A stretch of DNA of 64,000 nt from Minisyncoccota bacterium (GCA_032117235.1 JAULZW010000005.1:31264-95263), one strand, 5' to 3'; shown: positions 17,801-28,095, counted from the stretch's first letter. The notes: generated from the sequence alone by a model not told the origin. Program-made: numbers and translations.

Positions 17801-20800
17801 TTATAATACTTTTATTCCTAGCACTCTTTCCAGCTCCGCAAAATCAGTTGTATGATCTAATACCTTTAGAATACCAGAAACTTCTAAAGTTGTCATGCCT
17901 TCCTCAATAGCCAACTTTTTAATATTAGAGGTGGAAGCATTAGCTATAATAGTCTCCTTGATTTTAGGAGTCAGCACTAACACTTCAAATATAGCGGTAA
18001 TTCCATTATATCCATTAGGGTGATCTGGACTTTCATTAGACTTAAGAATAGTGTCAGGGATTTGACTATGATATCTTTCTGGTAATTTAGATTTTATAAT
18101 ATCTTTTTGTTCATTAGAAAGAGTAATAGTGATTGCATTGGCAGGATCTATCTTTCTAATAATTCTTTGAGCTATAGTTACATTAACAAAAGTAGCTATC
18201 TCAGATATACCAATTCCGAGATCATATAGTCTTAATATTGCTGACGCTGCATCATTGGTATGTAGAGTAGATAGTAATAAATGTCCAGTGGCTGCAGTTT
18301 GCATAGCTACCTTAGCTGTTTCTGTATCTCTTATCTCTCCAATTAAGACTATATTTGGATTCTGCCTTAACAGAGCTCTAATAGCATTAGGAAAGCTATA
18401 CCCCGTCGCTTCATTTACACTAGTCTGTAAAATGCCAGATAATTTGTATTCAATAGGGTCTTCTATAGTTATTATTTTGACACCAGGTTGATTAAGCGCA
18501 TTAAGAGTTGCATAGAGAGTAGTAGATTTACCAGCGCTAGTAGGTCCTGTTACTAAAATTAGTCCTGTAGTAGCTTGGAGTTGGTCTTGTAACAAGTTTA
18601 TATTATATATATCCATTCCTAAATCATGTAATTTGAGCTTAGCAATATCGGAGCGTAATATTCTCATAACTATGGTCTGACCATAACCTCCTGGAATTAT
18701 AGAAACTCTCACATCAAAATTTTTATCACTAAATATAGTAAAGCGACCCTCTTGAATATTGTTGGCAATATCCAAAGGTAATCCAGAGAAAATTTTAATT
18801 TGATTTAAAATTTGAGGATATAAAGACTTTGGTACACGAGCTTCTTCATATAAAACCCCATCAATTCTAAATCTAATAATCAATTCAGTCATATCAGGTT
18901 CAAGGTGAATGTCGGTAGCTCTTTTATTTAAAGCAGTATTGGTAATAGCTGTTAATTGATCCTGGATAGACATTGACTCAGATATATGAGTAATCTCAGG
19001 TGTAGGAGTCTCTGATTTTTTAATATGAATTCCACGAGATAAGGCAGAAGTCAAAGTAGATTCATAAATTTCATCTATATAAGATATATCTCCTGCAACA
19101 GACAATACTTCTTCTATAGAAGTTTCACCGTCTATTACATGCAAAACTCCATCTTGAAATAGGGTTATCATTCCATTTTCAATAGCTTTCCTAAATACTT
19201 TAAACTCAGGAGTCCCGTTGATAATTAAATCTTTAACATTATCACGAGTCTCAAATAATTCATATAAAGCTAGTCTTCCTTTATATCCAATTCCATAACA
19301 TTTCTCACATCCTTTGGGACGATATAATTTATTGATTTTTTGTGGAATGGTTAAGTTGGATTTAGGAGATATAATAGCTAATGCTTTTTTTATAGAATCT
19401 AATTCCTGTTCTGTAGGAATATATTCTTCTTTACAGTCACAAAATTTTCTTACCAATCTTTGAGCCACAAAAAGATTCATCGCTGAAATTATTAATTGTG
19501 GACTGGAACCAAATTCTTTAAGTCTAGTAATAATACCCACTGAATCATTTGTATGAATAGTAGAAAATACCAAATGCCCAGTTATGGCAGCATTCATAGA
19601 TATACTGGCAGTATCATTATCTCGAACTTCTCCAATCATAATTACATCAGGATCTTGTCTTACAATAGCTTTTAACCCATTAGCAAAGGTATAGCCTTTT
19701 TTTGCATCAACTTGAGTTTGATTAATATTTTGTAATCTATACTCAATTGGATCTTCAATGGTAATAATATTAGTTTCAGTTCTGTTTACGTAATTAAGAA
19801 AAGAGTATAGACTGGTAGTTTTTCCCGAACCAGTAGGTCCAGATAACATAATCATACCCTGAGGCTTGTCGAGATTTCTAACTATAATATCTAAAAAAGT
19901 CTCTCTAATACCAAAACTATAAATATCTAGATTGTGAATTTCTGTATTGAGAAGTCTCATTACAATAATCTCACCAGTTTTGCTAGGTAAAATTGAAACC
20001 CTTACATCAATTGACTGGTTTATATTGCTAGAATTCTCTTTTATAATAATACTAAATCTACCATCTTGAGCAGTAGTCTTTACGTTTAATACAAGAGAAG
20101 CTAAATTTTTTACTCTTGAGATTAATAATTTATACATTTCATTGTCAAAATTCAAAATATCCTGTAAAACTCCATCTATGCGATATCTAAGTCTAGTAAT
20201 ATCACCTTTTGGTTCTATATGTATGTCACTAGCTAAAGAAGAAATAGCCCCGGCACAAATGATTTGCATTAATTCGGAAGTTTCAACTGAATTAATTTTG
20301 TGAGCAAAATCTTCTAAAGCAATAACACTTTGCTTAACTTCTTGTAGCATCTGAAGTGGTATTATGAGGTTGTCTTTTACCACCTCACTTCTTTCCTGTA
20401 AAAATTCATATGCATTATATCCCTTCTCTAAGCTATATCCCGAGACCAGATATAAATCTACTTCATAATTACTTTGATATAATTTTTGCAATATAATTTT
20501 AGCTATAGAGTTATTTATATCTTGTAGGGCTACTTTTAGATTTAATCCAGACCTTTGAAAAATTATCATCTGGGCTTTTTTGGCCTGTTCTTGACTTAGT
20601 ATTTTAAGGGCATCTGGGTTAATTGGAACAAGTTTTAGATTGAGATAAGCCATCCCAAGCTCATTTGCCAATCTTTGAGTTAGTAACTCTTCTTCCCTTT
20701 TATGAATGGCAGCTAAGTTTAAGTCTACTACTTTATCTGAATGTAGTTTGTTTCTAAAACTTTGACGATTATAATTTTTTTGTTTTAGTATTGAACTCAT
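17801..20800 (-). CDS. tandem-duplicated PilB/GspE-family secretion ATPase (two complete modules in one polypeptide)
   Basis: Module 1 has Walker A SGPTGSGKTT, Asp box IITIEDPIEY, Walker B DVIMIGEVRD, His box GHLVFSTIHTND and a tetracysteine CDC...CEKC. Module 2 has TGPTSAGKSTT, IITIEDPIEYKL, IVLIGEIRDTE and GHLLLSTLHTNDA without the cysteines. There is no stop between the modules. Confidence 0.85.
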   Translation of the reverse strand: MSSILKQKNYNRQSFRNKLHSDKVVDLNLAAIHKREEELLTQRLANELGMAYLNLKLVPINPDALKILSQEQAKKAQMIIFQRSGLNLKVALQDINNSIAKIILQKLYQSNYEVDLYLVSGYSLEKGYNAYEFLQERSEVVKDNLIIPLQMLQEVKQSVIALEDFAHKINSVETSELMQIICAGAISSLASDIHIEPKGDITRLRYRIDGVLQDILNFDNEMYKLLISRVKNLASLVLNVKTTAQDGRFSIIIKENSSNINQSIDVRVSILPSKTGEIIVMRLLNTEIHNLDIYSFGIRETFLDIIVRNLDKPQGMIMLSGPTGSGKTTSLYSFLNYVNRTETNIITIEDPIEYRLQNINQTQVDAKKGYTFANGLKAIVRQDPDVIMIGEVRDNDTASISMNAAITGHLVFSTIHTNDSVGIITRLKEFGSSPQLIISAMNLFVAQRLVRKFCDCKEEYIPTEQELDSIKKALAIISPKSNLTIPQKINKLYRPKGCEKCYGIGYKGRLALYELFETRDNVKDLIINGTPEFKVFRKAIENGMITLFQDGVLHVIDGETSIEEVLSVAGDISYIDEIYESTLTSALSRGIHIKKSETPTPEITHISESMSIQDQLTAITNTALNKRATDIHLEPDMTELIIRFRIDGVLYEEARVPKSLYPQILNQIKIFSGLPLDIANNIQEGRFTIFSDKNFDVRVSIIPGGYGQTIVMRILRSDIAKLKLHDLGMDIYNINLLQDQLQATTGLILVTGPTSAGKSTTLYATLNALNQPGVKIITIEDPIEYKLSGILQTSVNEATGYSFPNAIRALLRQNPNIVLIGEIRDTETAKVAMQTAATGHLLLSTLHTNDAASAILRLYDLGIGISEIATFVNVTIAQRIIRKIDPANAITITLSNEQKDIIKSKLPERYHSQIPDTILKSNESPDHPNGYNGITAIFEVLVLTPKIKETIIANASTSNIKKLAIEEGMTTLEVSGILKVLDHTTDFAELERVLGIKVL

Positions 20801-21049
20801 AAATATAAGAATATATAATTATATTATACCATAATATGTTAAAAACAATAAATAGTAATTTTTTTAAAAGATGAGTATTTAGTATAAATGGTTACAGTAT
20901 AGATAGATTAAATATAATATATTACTATCTATTTTATATATAGACATATGGTCTATGATCAAACGACATAGCTTATTTAAACCGCAACCTAACAAGCACT
21001 TAGTTTTTATTCTGGTAAGTCTCTATAAAATATGTTATTATTAATTAAT

Positions 21050-22120
21050 ATGAGGTATATAAAAGATTATACAAGTTCGCTAGAAGGTAAACGTGTTCTA
21101 GTGAGAATAGATGTGAATGAACCAGTGGATTATAAGGGCTATCCACAAGATACCTTTAGAATACAAAAAGCATTGCATACTATTAACTTCCTAAGACAGG
21201 CAAAAGCTAAGATTATTTTGATTGCTCATCTTGGAGATCCTCAAAAAGAAGGTAAAGATGGCTTTTCTTTAGAGCTCATATCAAAAGTATTGGGACAGTT
21301 AGGCGGGTTTGATATTACATTTATAGGTAAAAACATTGAGGGTATCGACTCTAATATAATCAACAATATGTCAGATGGTGAGGTTGTATTCTTAGAGAAT
21401 TTAAGGTTTGATATTAGAGAGGAAGAGAATAGTATAGAATTTGCTAAAAAACTAGCTCAATTTGCTGATTTGTATGTTAGTGACGCTTTTTCAGTAATGC
21501 ATCGTAATCATAGCTCAGTAGTTGCTATTACAGAGATCCTACCTTCCTTTGGAGGTTTGGTAGTGGAGCAGGAATTAGAAGCTTTAAATTATATCTTAAA
21601 TAATCCAACTAAACCAGCTGTAGCTATTATTGGAGGTGCTAAAATATCTACTAAATTACCAGTTATACAGACTTTAGAGCTGATTTTTGATTATATCCTC
21701 GTTGGTGGCAAAATAGCAAATGAATATATTGATGAATATAGGGACTCTAAAAGCGATAAGATTATTTTACCAGTAGATTTTGTTGATGCAAAAAGATATG
21801 ATATTGGCCCTAAAACCAGAGAGTTGTTTGCTGGTTATATTGCTAAAGCCTCTACTGTGATTTGGAATGGTCCAATGGGTTGGTTTGAACAAAAACCTTA
21901 TGATGAAGGCACTAGTTTTATTGCTATGGCTGTTGCTCAGAATGAAGATAGCTATTCAGTAATAGGGGGAGGAGAAACAGTAGATGAAGTCCATAATTTA
22001 TATCAAGATTCTAAAATAGATTTTATTTCTACTGGTGGTGGTGCTATGTTGGAATATATAGCAACTAAGGGGAATCTGCCAGGAATAATAGCTTTACAAA
22101 ATAATACATTAGAACTATGA
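21050..22120 (+). CDS. pgk: phosphoglycerate kinase
   Basis: PGK N-terminal block GKRVLVRIDVNEPV and a C-terminal glycine-rich hinge. The start is taken at MRYIKDY. Confidence 0.9.
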   Translation: MRYIKDYTSSLEGKRVLVRIDVNEPVDYKGYPQDTFRIQKALHTINFLRQAKAKIILIAHLGDPQKEGKDGFSLELISKVLGQLGGFDITFIGKNIEGIDSNIINNMSDGEVVFLENLRFDIREEENSIEFAKKLAQFADLYVSDAFSVMHRNHSSVVAITEILPSFGGLVVEQELEALNYILNNPTKPAVAIIGGAKISTKLPVIQTLELIFDYILVGGKIANEYIDEYRDSKSDKIILPVDFVDAKRYDIGPKTRELFAGYIAKASTVIWNGPMGWFEQKPYDEGTSFIAMAVAQNEDSYSVIGGGETVDEVHNLYQDSKIDFISTGGGAMLEYIATKGNLPGIIALQNNTLEL

Positions 22121-23235
22121 AAATAGCGGTGCACGGCTCTCATTTGTGTCAAGAAAGAGAGGATGGGAATCAGACTTACATTTTGAACTTATTTAGAGCA
22201 ATCCGAGAGATTGATACTGAAAATAAGTATACTTTTTATTATAATAAACCCAATGCTAAAATAGTAGAGGCATCTAATTTTGAGCATAAGGTACATAAAT
22301 CTTATTTTATGTGGACCCAGAGGGTATTTCCATTTTTATTACGTCAAGATAAGCCAGATGTGCTTTTTATGCCAATTCAAATGTTACCTTTTTTGAAGTC
22401 AAGAAGACAAAAATCCGTGGTTACAATTCATGATTTAGCCTTTCTTTTGTATCCTGAAACTTTTCCAGCTAAAGATGCTTTTTTGCATAAACTTTATGTC
22501 AGAGAGGCTATTATTAAGGCTGACCATTTAATTGCTATTACTGAGGCTACTAAACAAGATATCATCCGATTTTATAATGTGGACCCAGGGAAAATTACAG
22601 TTGTATATCACGGGGTGGATAAAAACAGATTTAGATTAATACAGGAGGGTGAAGATATTTTAGTTAATAATGTTAAAAATAAATATAATATTAGCAAGCC
22701 ATATATTTTGTATATTGGAAATGTGCAACCTCGTAAAAATATTCAAGGTTTGATTAAGGCTTATCAGAAGCTCAGAAATACCAAAGACCATAATTATCAA
22801 TTAGTTATAGCTGGAGCTAAGGCTTGGTTGGTAGAAGATGTAATGAAAGAAATAGGGGATGAGTATAGGGATGATATAATCTTTACAGGGAGGTTTGAAG
22901 ATTCAGAATTATCTCCACTTTTATGGGGAGCAGATTTATTTGTATTACCTAGCTTTTATGAAGGTTTTGGTCTGCCAGTTTTAGAAGCTATGGCTTGTGG
23001 AGTACCTACTTTAGTTTCAAATACTCCAAGTTTAGTTGAGGTTGGTGGGAATGCATCTCTTGCCTTTGACCCACACAATGTTGACGATATGGCAAAAGTA
23101 TTAGACAATATAATAAGTGATCCTAATTTAAGGCAAGAAATGAGAATAAAGGGATTAAAAAGAGCAAGAGAATTTTCTTGGATTCGTTGTGCTCAGGAGA
23201 CTGTAAATGTAATTCAAAAAATCAATTTATTATGA
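22117..23235 (+). CDS. glycosyltransferase family 1 (GT4-like, GT-B fold)
   Basis: EX7E-type motif EGFGLPVLEAMACGVPTLVSN. Confidence 0.8.
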   Translation: MKIAVHGSHLCQEREDGNQTYILNLFRAIREIDTENKYTFYYNKPNAKIVEASNFEHKVHKSYFMWTQRVFPFLLRQDKPDVLFMPIQMLPFLKSRRQKSVVTIHDLAFLLYPETFPAKDAFLHKLYVREAIIKADHLIAITEATKQDIIRFYNVDPGKITVVYHGVDKNRFRLIQEGEDILVNNVKNKYNISKPYILYIGNVQPRKNIQGLIKAYQKLRNTKDHNYQLVIAGAKAWLVEDVMKEIGDEYRDDIIFTGRFEDSELSPLLWGADLFVLPSFYEGFGLPVLEAMACGVPTLVSNTPSLVEVGGNASLAFDPHNVDDMAKVLDNIISDPNLRQEMRIKGLKRAREFSWIRCAQETVNVIQKINLL

Positions 23236-24290
23236 GAAAAATTATACCTAATGACACGCAATTACAAAAAAAGAAATTGAAGCCTTGGAAAAAAAACATT
23301 CTTATTTTTATTGGGGTTTTATTTTTAATAGGAATTTCGGTGTTTGGATACTTTGCTTATAAAGCTAATAAATCCATTAACAATATTACTGGCGAGAATC
23401 AGTCGATTTTTGATACAGCTAAATCATTATTGTCTGTTGCCCCTACTAAGCAATTAAAATCAGATAATGGTGTAACTAATATAGTATTATTAGGAATGCG
23501 TGGTAAAGACGATCCAAATGGAGGTTTACTATCTGACTCTATAATGGTTGTTTCAATACAGCAAGAATCTAAAAAGGTTGCTATGATTTCAATCCCTCGA
23601 GATTTGAGAGTTGAGGTACCTGAAACTAAGGGGTATAGTAAACTGAACTCAGCACATGCTATTGGTTCTCAACAACAACCACCTCAAGGTTTACAATATA
23701 CTATGAAAGTATTAGAAAATGTTACAGGGCTGCCTATGCATTATGGAGTAAGCGTAGACTTTATAGCTTTTAAGGGGATTATTGATTCTTTAGGTGGAAT
23801 TACAGTTAATGCAGCTAGTGATTTTTATGATCCTAATTATGAAGGAGGAATTAAAGTTTCAAAGGGTCTGAATGATTTGAATAGTGATAGAGCTCTTAAG
23901 TATGTTTGGGCTAGATTAACTACTAATGATTTTGATCGTTCTAGACGACAAAGAGAGGTATTGACAGCTATTAAAGATAAAGCTGAAAAAAATGGTTCTC
24001 TAAAAAACCCATTGTTTATGATTGATTTATTAGATAATTTGGGAAATCATGTTAAAACCACTATGACTGTAGATGAATTAAAAACAACAGTTGATACAAT
24101 AAATACCTTAGATATGAATAATATTATTCAAAAAGGTTATGATACCTCTGCTGATGGACCATTTACTTCTAAAAATGATCCAGTTATTGGTTATGTGATA
24201 ATTCCAAAGTCTGGAAACTTTAATGTTTTCCAAAAAGATATTCAAGGTATATTTGGTGCTTCTGATAAAGAAAATGTACAAAATCCTTAA
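23232..24290 (+). CDS. LytR-CpsA-Psr (LCP) family cell-envelope phosphotransferase
   Basis: N-terminal TM helix followed by an LCP core IVLLGMRGKDDPNGGLLSDSIMVVSI. The start overlaps the GT1 stop (ATGA). Confidence 0.8.
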   Translation: MRKIIPNDTQLQKKKLKPWKKNILIFIGVLFLIGISVFGYFAYKANKSINNITGENQSIFDTAKSLLSVAPTKQLKSDNGVTNIVLLGMRGKDDPNGGLLSDSIMVVSIQQESKKVAMISIPRDLRVEVPETKGYSKLNSAHAIGSQQQPPQGLQYTMKVLENVTGLPMHYGVSVDFIAFKGIIDSLGGITVNAASDFYDPNYEGGIKVSKGLNDLNSDRALKYVWARLTTNDFDRSRRQREVLTAIKDKAEKNGSLKNPLFMIDLLDNLGNHVKTTMTVDELKTTVDTINTLDMNNIIQKGYDTSADGPFTSKNDPVIGYVIIPKSGNFNVFQKDIQGIFGASDKENVQNP

Positions 24291-24291
24291 T

Positions 24292-25119
24292 ATGTATAAA
24301 TATAAAGTAGCTCTTACAATTGTAAACTATAATACTAAAGATTTACTTTTATATTGTTTAAAAAAAATTTATCAATCTAAAATAAGTATCCCATTTCAAG
24401 TTATAGTTTTAGACAATGCTTCTAAGGACTCAGATGATACAGAGGAAGAGGTTAAGAATAAATATCCTTTAGTAGAGTTTTTGAAACAATCTAAGAATTG
24501 TGGATATACTAAGGGTGTAAATATATGTGCTAAATATTCCCAAGCTAAATATATATTTAATTTGAATACAGATGCTTTTTTGGATGAAGGAGTTGTTGAA
24601 TCGATGGTACAATGCATGGAAGATAACCCCTCATTTGGACTTATTGGCCCACAGTTACTAAATTTTGACAGTACAATACAAGAATCAACTTATCAATTTC
24701 TAACTCCATTATTAGCTTTATATCGTAGAACTCCAATAGGTTTGCTACCTTTTGCGCAAAGAGCAATTAATCGTTTTAAAATGTCTGACTGGGATCATAA
24801 CTCTATTAAAGAAGTAGATTGGATTTTAGGCGCGGCCTATATGTTCCCTAAAGACTTATTAGAAAAAATTAATTATCTTGATGAAGATATGTTTTTATAC
24901 TTATCCGACACTTATTTTGCATGGCAAGTATGGTCAGCTGGATATAAAGTAGTTTACTACCCTAATGTTAAAATGTATCATTATCACCGCAAATCCAGTC
25001 AAAATGGATTTGTATTTAGTCTTTTATTTAAGAAAATTTATTGGATACATATTCAGGATGGAATTAAATTTTTTATAAAAACTTGGAACAAACCTAATCC
25101 ACATCGACAAATAACTTAA
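24292..25119 (+). CDS. glycosyltransferase family 2
   Basis: GT-A N-terminal block VALTIVNYNTKDLL with VIVLDNASKD, and a DxD-like DAF. The start is at the first ATG after the LCP stop. Confidence 0.75.
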   Translation: MYKYKVALTIVNYNTKDLLLYCLKKIYQSKISIPFQVIVLDNASKDSDDTEEEVKNKYPLVEFLKQSKNCGYTKGVNICAKYSQAKYIFNLNTDAFLDEGVVESMVQCMEDNPSFGLIGPQLLNFDSTIQESTYQFLTPLLALYRRTPIGLLPFAQRAINRFKMSDWDHNSIKEVDWILGAAYMFPKDLLEKINYLDEDMFLYLSDTYFAWQVWSAGYKVVYYPNVKMYHYHRKSSQNGFVFSLLFKKIYWIHIQDGIKFFIKTWNKPNPHRQIT

Positions 25120-25129
25120 AATATAAATT

Positions 25130-26311
25130 ATGAAATTATCTAACCTTGTATTTACAGCTATTCTTCTAATAATGTCATTTGTGTTGGGGGGATTTTATTT
25201 CCAAGACTATGCATATAGTTTTATTTCATCAAATGCTACATTATCTAATAATTTAGAGACTAATTCTTTACAAAAAGTATATAGTTTTTTAAGAGAAGAG
25301 TATTTTTATCCAGATAAAATTGAGGACAAATCTAAAGCTGAACTGGGAGCAGTGAAAGGATTAGTTGATTCACTTGATGACCCATATACAGTTTATTTCT
25401 CAAAGGATGAATATAAAGACTTCTCAGAGAGTTTAGACGGTAAGTTTCAAGGAATTGGAGCTGAAATTGGGCTTAGAGAAGGGCAGTTGATAATTATAAC
25501 TCCAATTATGGGTAATCCAGCTAGTAAAGCAGGATTGTTACCAGGAGATGCAATAATTACTATTAATGGTGAAAGTACATTTGGTTTTAGTATAGATAAA
25601 GCAGTTACTAAAATTAGAGGAGAAAAAGGAACTGAGGTGAAACTAGAAATTTCAAGAGAAGGTCAACCTGATATAAAGGAATTTAATATAATTAGAGATA
25701 TTATAGATGTACCAAATATCAAGGTTAAAGAAAAAGAAGGAGTTGGTGTTATTTCATTATCTCAATTTCAGGTAGAAACTGCTCAAGAATTAGATCAAGA
25801 GATAATGAGTATTAAAGAGAAAGGTATTAATAATATAGTTTTAGATTTAAGGAATAATCCTGGAGGATATTTGCAAGCAGCGGTTGAAGTTGTTGAGTTG
25901 TTTTCACCCAAGGGATCAATTGCAGTTATAGAAAAAGAGAAGGATTCTAATTCAATGAAAGAGTTGAAAACTAAAAAGAATCCTAAATATGAAGATATAA
26001 ACTTAATAGTTTTAGTTAATCAGGGATCAGCTAGTGCATCTGAAATAGTAGCAGGAGCTTTAAGAGATTTAAGATATATTAAATTAGTTGGTCAACAGAC
26101 TTTTGGTAAAGGTGTAGTACAAAGCACCAAAGAGTTCTCTGATGGCTCAGTTTTGAAGTATACTATTGCAGAATGGTTCACTCCTTCAGGAACTGCTATT
26201 AATAAGGAGGGTATTAAACCGGACTTTGAAGTTAAGTTGACATCAGATGATATGAAATCAGAAAGAGACCCTCAATTAGACAAAGCAATATCAATTATTA
26301 AATCAGAATAA
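25130..26311 (+). CDS. carboxy-terminal processing peptidase (S41) with PDZ domain
   Basis: Signal/TM N-terminus, a PDZ-like region, and an S41 catalytic block GSASASEIVAGAL with a downstream K. Confidence 0.8.
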   Translation: MKLSNLVFTAILLIMSFVLGGFYFQDYAYSFISSNATLSNNLETNSLQKVYSFLREEYFYPDKIEDKSKAELGAVKGLVDSLDDPYTVYFSKDEYKDFSESLDGKFQGIGAEIGLREGQLIIITPIMGNPASKAGLLPGDAIITINGESTFGFSIDKAVTKIRGEKGTEVKLEISREGQPDIKEFNIIRDIIDVPNIKVKEKEGVGVISLSQFQVETAQELDQEIMSIKEKGINNIVLDLRNNPGGYLQAAVEVVELFSPKGSIAVIEKEKDSNSMKELKTKKNPKYEDINLIVLVNQGSASASEIVAGALRDLRYIKLVGQQTFGKGVVQSTKEFSDGSVLKYTIAEWFTPSGTAINKEGIKPDFEVKLTSDDMKSERDPQLDKAISIIKSE

Positions 26312-26320
26312 ATTAAGTCT

Positions 26321-27535
26321 TTATATTTGATCAAATTTAACTATTTCTCCATTGATCTCCACTCCATTTTGAGATAGTGTTTTAGAGCTAATAATAACTC
26401 TTTTATTAATTCCTAATAAGTCAGCTTCTGCAAACTTTACTCCAGGTCTTTCATTGCGATTATCAAATAAAACAGTTTGGTTGTTGCTTTGAATTTGCAG
26501 GTATAATTCTTCGGCTTTTCTCATAACATCCTCAGAGTCTGTATTTAAGGCAATAAGATGAATACGGAATGGAGTAACTGATTCTGGCCATATCATTTTA
26601 GACTCATTTTCAGCAAAAACTTCTACCAAAGTTCCCATTAATCTAGAAATTCCAATTCCATAACATCCCATAATTACTGGTTTATTAAACCCATTTTCAT
26701 CAGTAAACTCCAAATTAAATGCCTCAGAGTATTTTGTTTCTAATTTAAATATGTTTCCAACCTCAATAGACTGCTTTTGAATTAAGTTAGAATTATTACA
26801 TTCAGGACAAGTTTTTTGTTCCTCTATAATTTCTTTATTTATAGCAATATTACATTTTTCACATATAAAAATTGTATCTTCTCCGATATCAGATACAGTC
26901 TGGAACTCATGTGAATATTTGCTAAATGTGCCACCAGAAGCATAAGTTTTAAAAGTTATATCTCCGATACCAAGTCTTTTATAAATATTGATATAGGCTT
27001 GAGTTGCAAGTTCATAATATCTATCTAAATCTGCAGAGGAGCTGTGGAAAGAATATAGATCTTTCATAATAAATTCTCTACCTCTTAAAATTCCTGATTT
27101 AGCTCTTTTTTCGTCTCTAAACTTAGTTTGAATTTGATAAGCAGCTAAAGGTAAATCTTGATATGACTGAATAAAGTTTTTCGCAATAGGTGTTATAATT
27201 TCTTCGTGAGTAGATCCTAGCGCTAGCTCTGTTGAAGTATAGTAAGAAGTAAATTTGTATAATACATCTAAACTATTCCATCTACCAGTCTTTTCCCAAT
27301 AAGATTTTGGTTGAAGCGCTGGCAATAATAATTCTTGGGCTGAGATTTTGCTTAACTCTTCTCTTACTATATTCTCTATGTTTTTTATGACACGATACCC
27401 TAAAGGTAAATAAGCATAAACACCAGCCATAACTTGTTCTATATACCCAGCTTTGATTAAAATTTTAGCATTTAGGGATTCTTCTGTTTGAGAGATTTGT
27501 TTTCTAGTTTTGGAAATTAGGTTAGACTGATACAT
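26321..27535 (-). CDS. proS: prolyl-tRNA synthetase, minimal form lacking the INS editing domain
   Basis: Class II motif 1 LLPALQPKSYWEKTGRW, motif 2 FRDEKRAKSGILRGREFIMKDLYSF and motif 3 GCYGIGISRLMG. A C-terminal anticodon-binding domain is present. Between motifs 2 and 3 there are only about 33 aa (CEKC...CPEC), not the roughly 180-aa INS domain. Confidence 0.8.
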   Translation of the reverse strand: MYQSNLISKTRKQISQTEESLNAKILIKAGYIEQVMAGVYAYLPLGYRVIKNIENIVREELSKISAQELLLPALQPKSYWEKTGRWNSLDVLYKFTSYYTSTELALGSTHEEIITPIAKNFIQSYQDLPLAAYQIQTKFRDEKRAKSGILRGREFIMKDLYSFHSSSADLDRYYELATQAYINIYKRLGIGDITFKTYASGGTFSKYSHEFQTVSDIGEDTIFICEKCNIAINKEIIEEQKTCPECNNSNLIQKQSIEVGNIFKLETKYSEAFNLEFTDENGFNKPVIMGCYGIGISRLMGTLVEVFAENESKMIWPESVTPFRIHLIALNTDSEDVMRKAEELYLQIQSNNQTVLFDNRNERPGVKFAEADLLGINKRVIISSKTLSQNGVEINGEIVKFDQI

Positions 27536-27543
27536 ATTAAGAT

Positions 27544-28095
27544 TTAATTATTAAGTAATGCAGTAATTTTATTTTGAGGGAAATATTTCATAACAATATG
27601 CCAGACTGGTTTACGGTATTCATGTAGAAATTTCTCAATTTTATCTTGTGAAACCCATAAAAATCCACCCAACTCTCTACGGTCTACTTTAATTGACTGG
27701 GTGCTACCATTGTATTTAAGTAACATAATAGTTTGTTCTTGTCCTAAATTCTCGTCTCGAATAAGTCTCTTAGGGAAATAAAAGGTATGTTTTTCTGGGC
27801 ATTTATCTAAAATTGTAAAATCAGTAGTATTTAACTCCTCCCCCAACTCTCTTATAATTGCTTCCTCATTAGTTTCATTCTCATTAACTCCACCCTGAGG
27901 AAACTGCCAATGCAAAGGGTCATTTGCTCTAGATACAATTAATACATTTTCATCTTTATCAAATATTATTGCTAGTACATTTTTCCTTAGTTTACCATAG
28001 GACATATATTTTAAAATTAAACCATTATCATAATTATATGTATTATAGCTTATATTTAGTATTTTGTATACAACATAAGTATTTTTATTAGACAA
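27544..28095 (-). CDS. Nudix hydrolase
   Basis: Nudix box GGVNENETNEEAIIRELGEELN (G-x5-E-x7-REUxEExGU pattern). It sits 8 nt upstream of proS on the same strand. Confidence 0.8.
   Translation of the reverse strand: MSNKNTYVVYKILNISYNTYNYDNGLILKYMSYGKLRKNVLAIIFDKDENVLIVSRANDPLHWQFPQGGVNENETNEEAIIRELGEELNTTDFTILDKCPEKHTFYFPKRLIRDENLGQEQTIMLLKYNGSTQSIKVDRRELGGFLWVSQDKIEKFLHEYRKPVWHIVMKYFPQNKITALLNN

Noticed and set aside
17801-20800. Reading the 999-aa ATPase as two adjacent pilB genes
   Set aside because: The six-frame track shows one uninterrupted frame with no stop between the two motif sets. It stays a single CDS unless re-sequencing shows otherwise.
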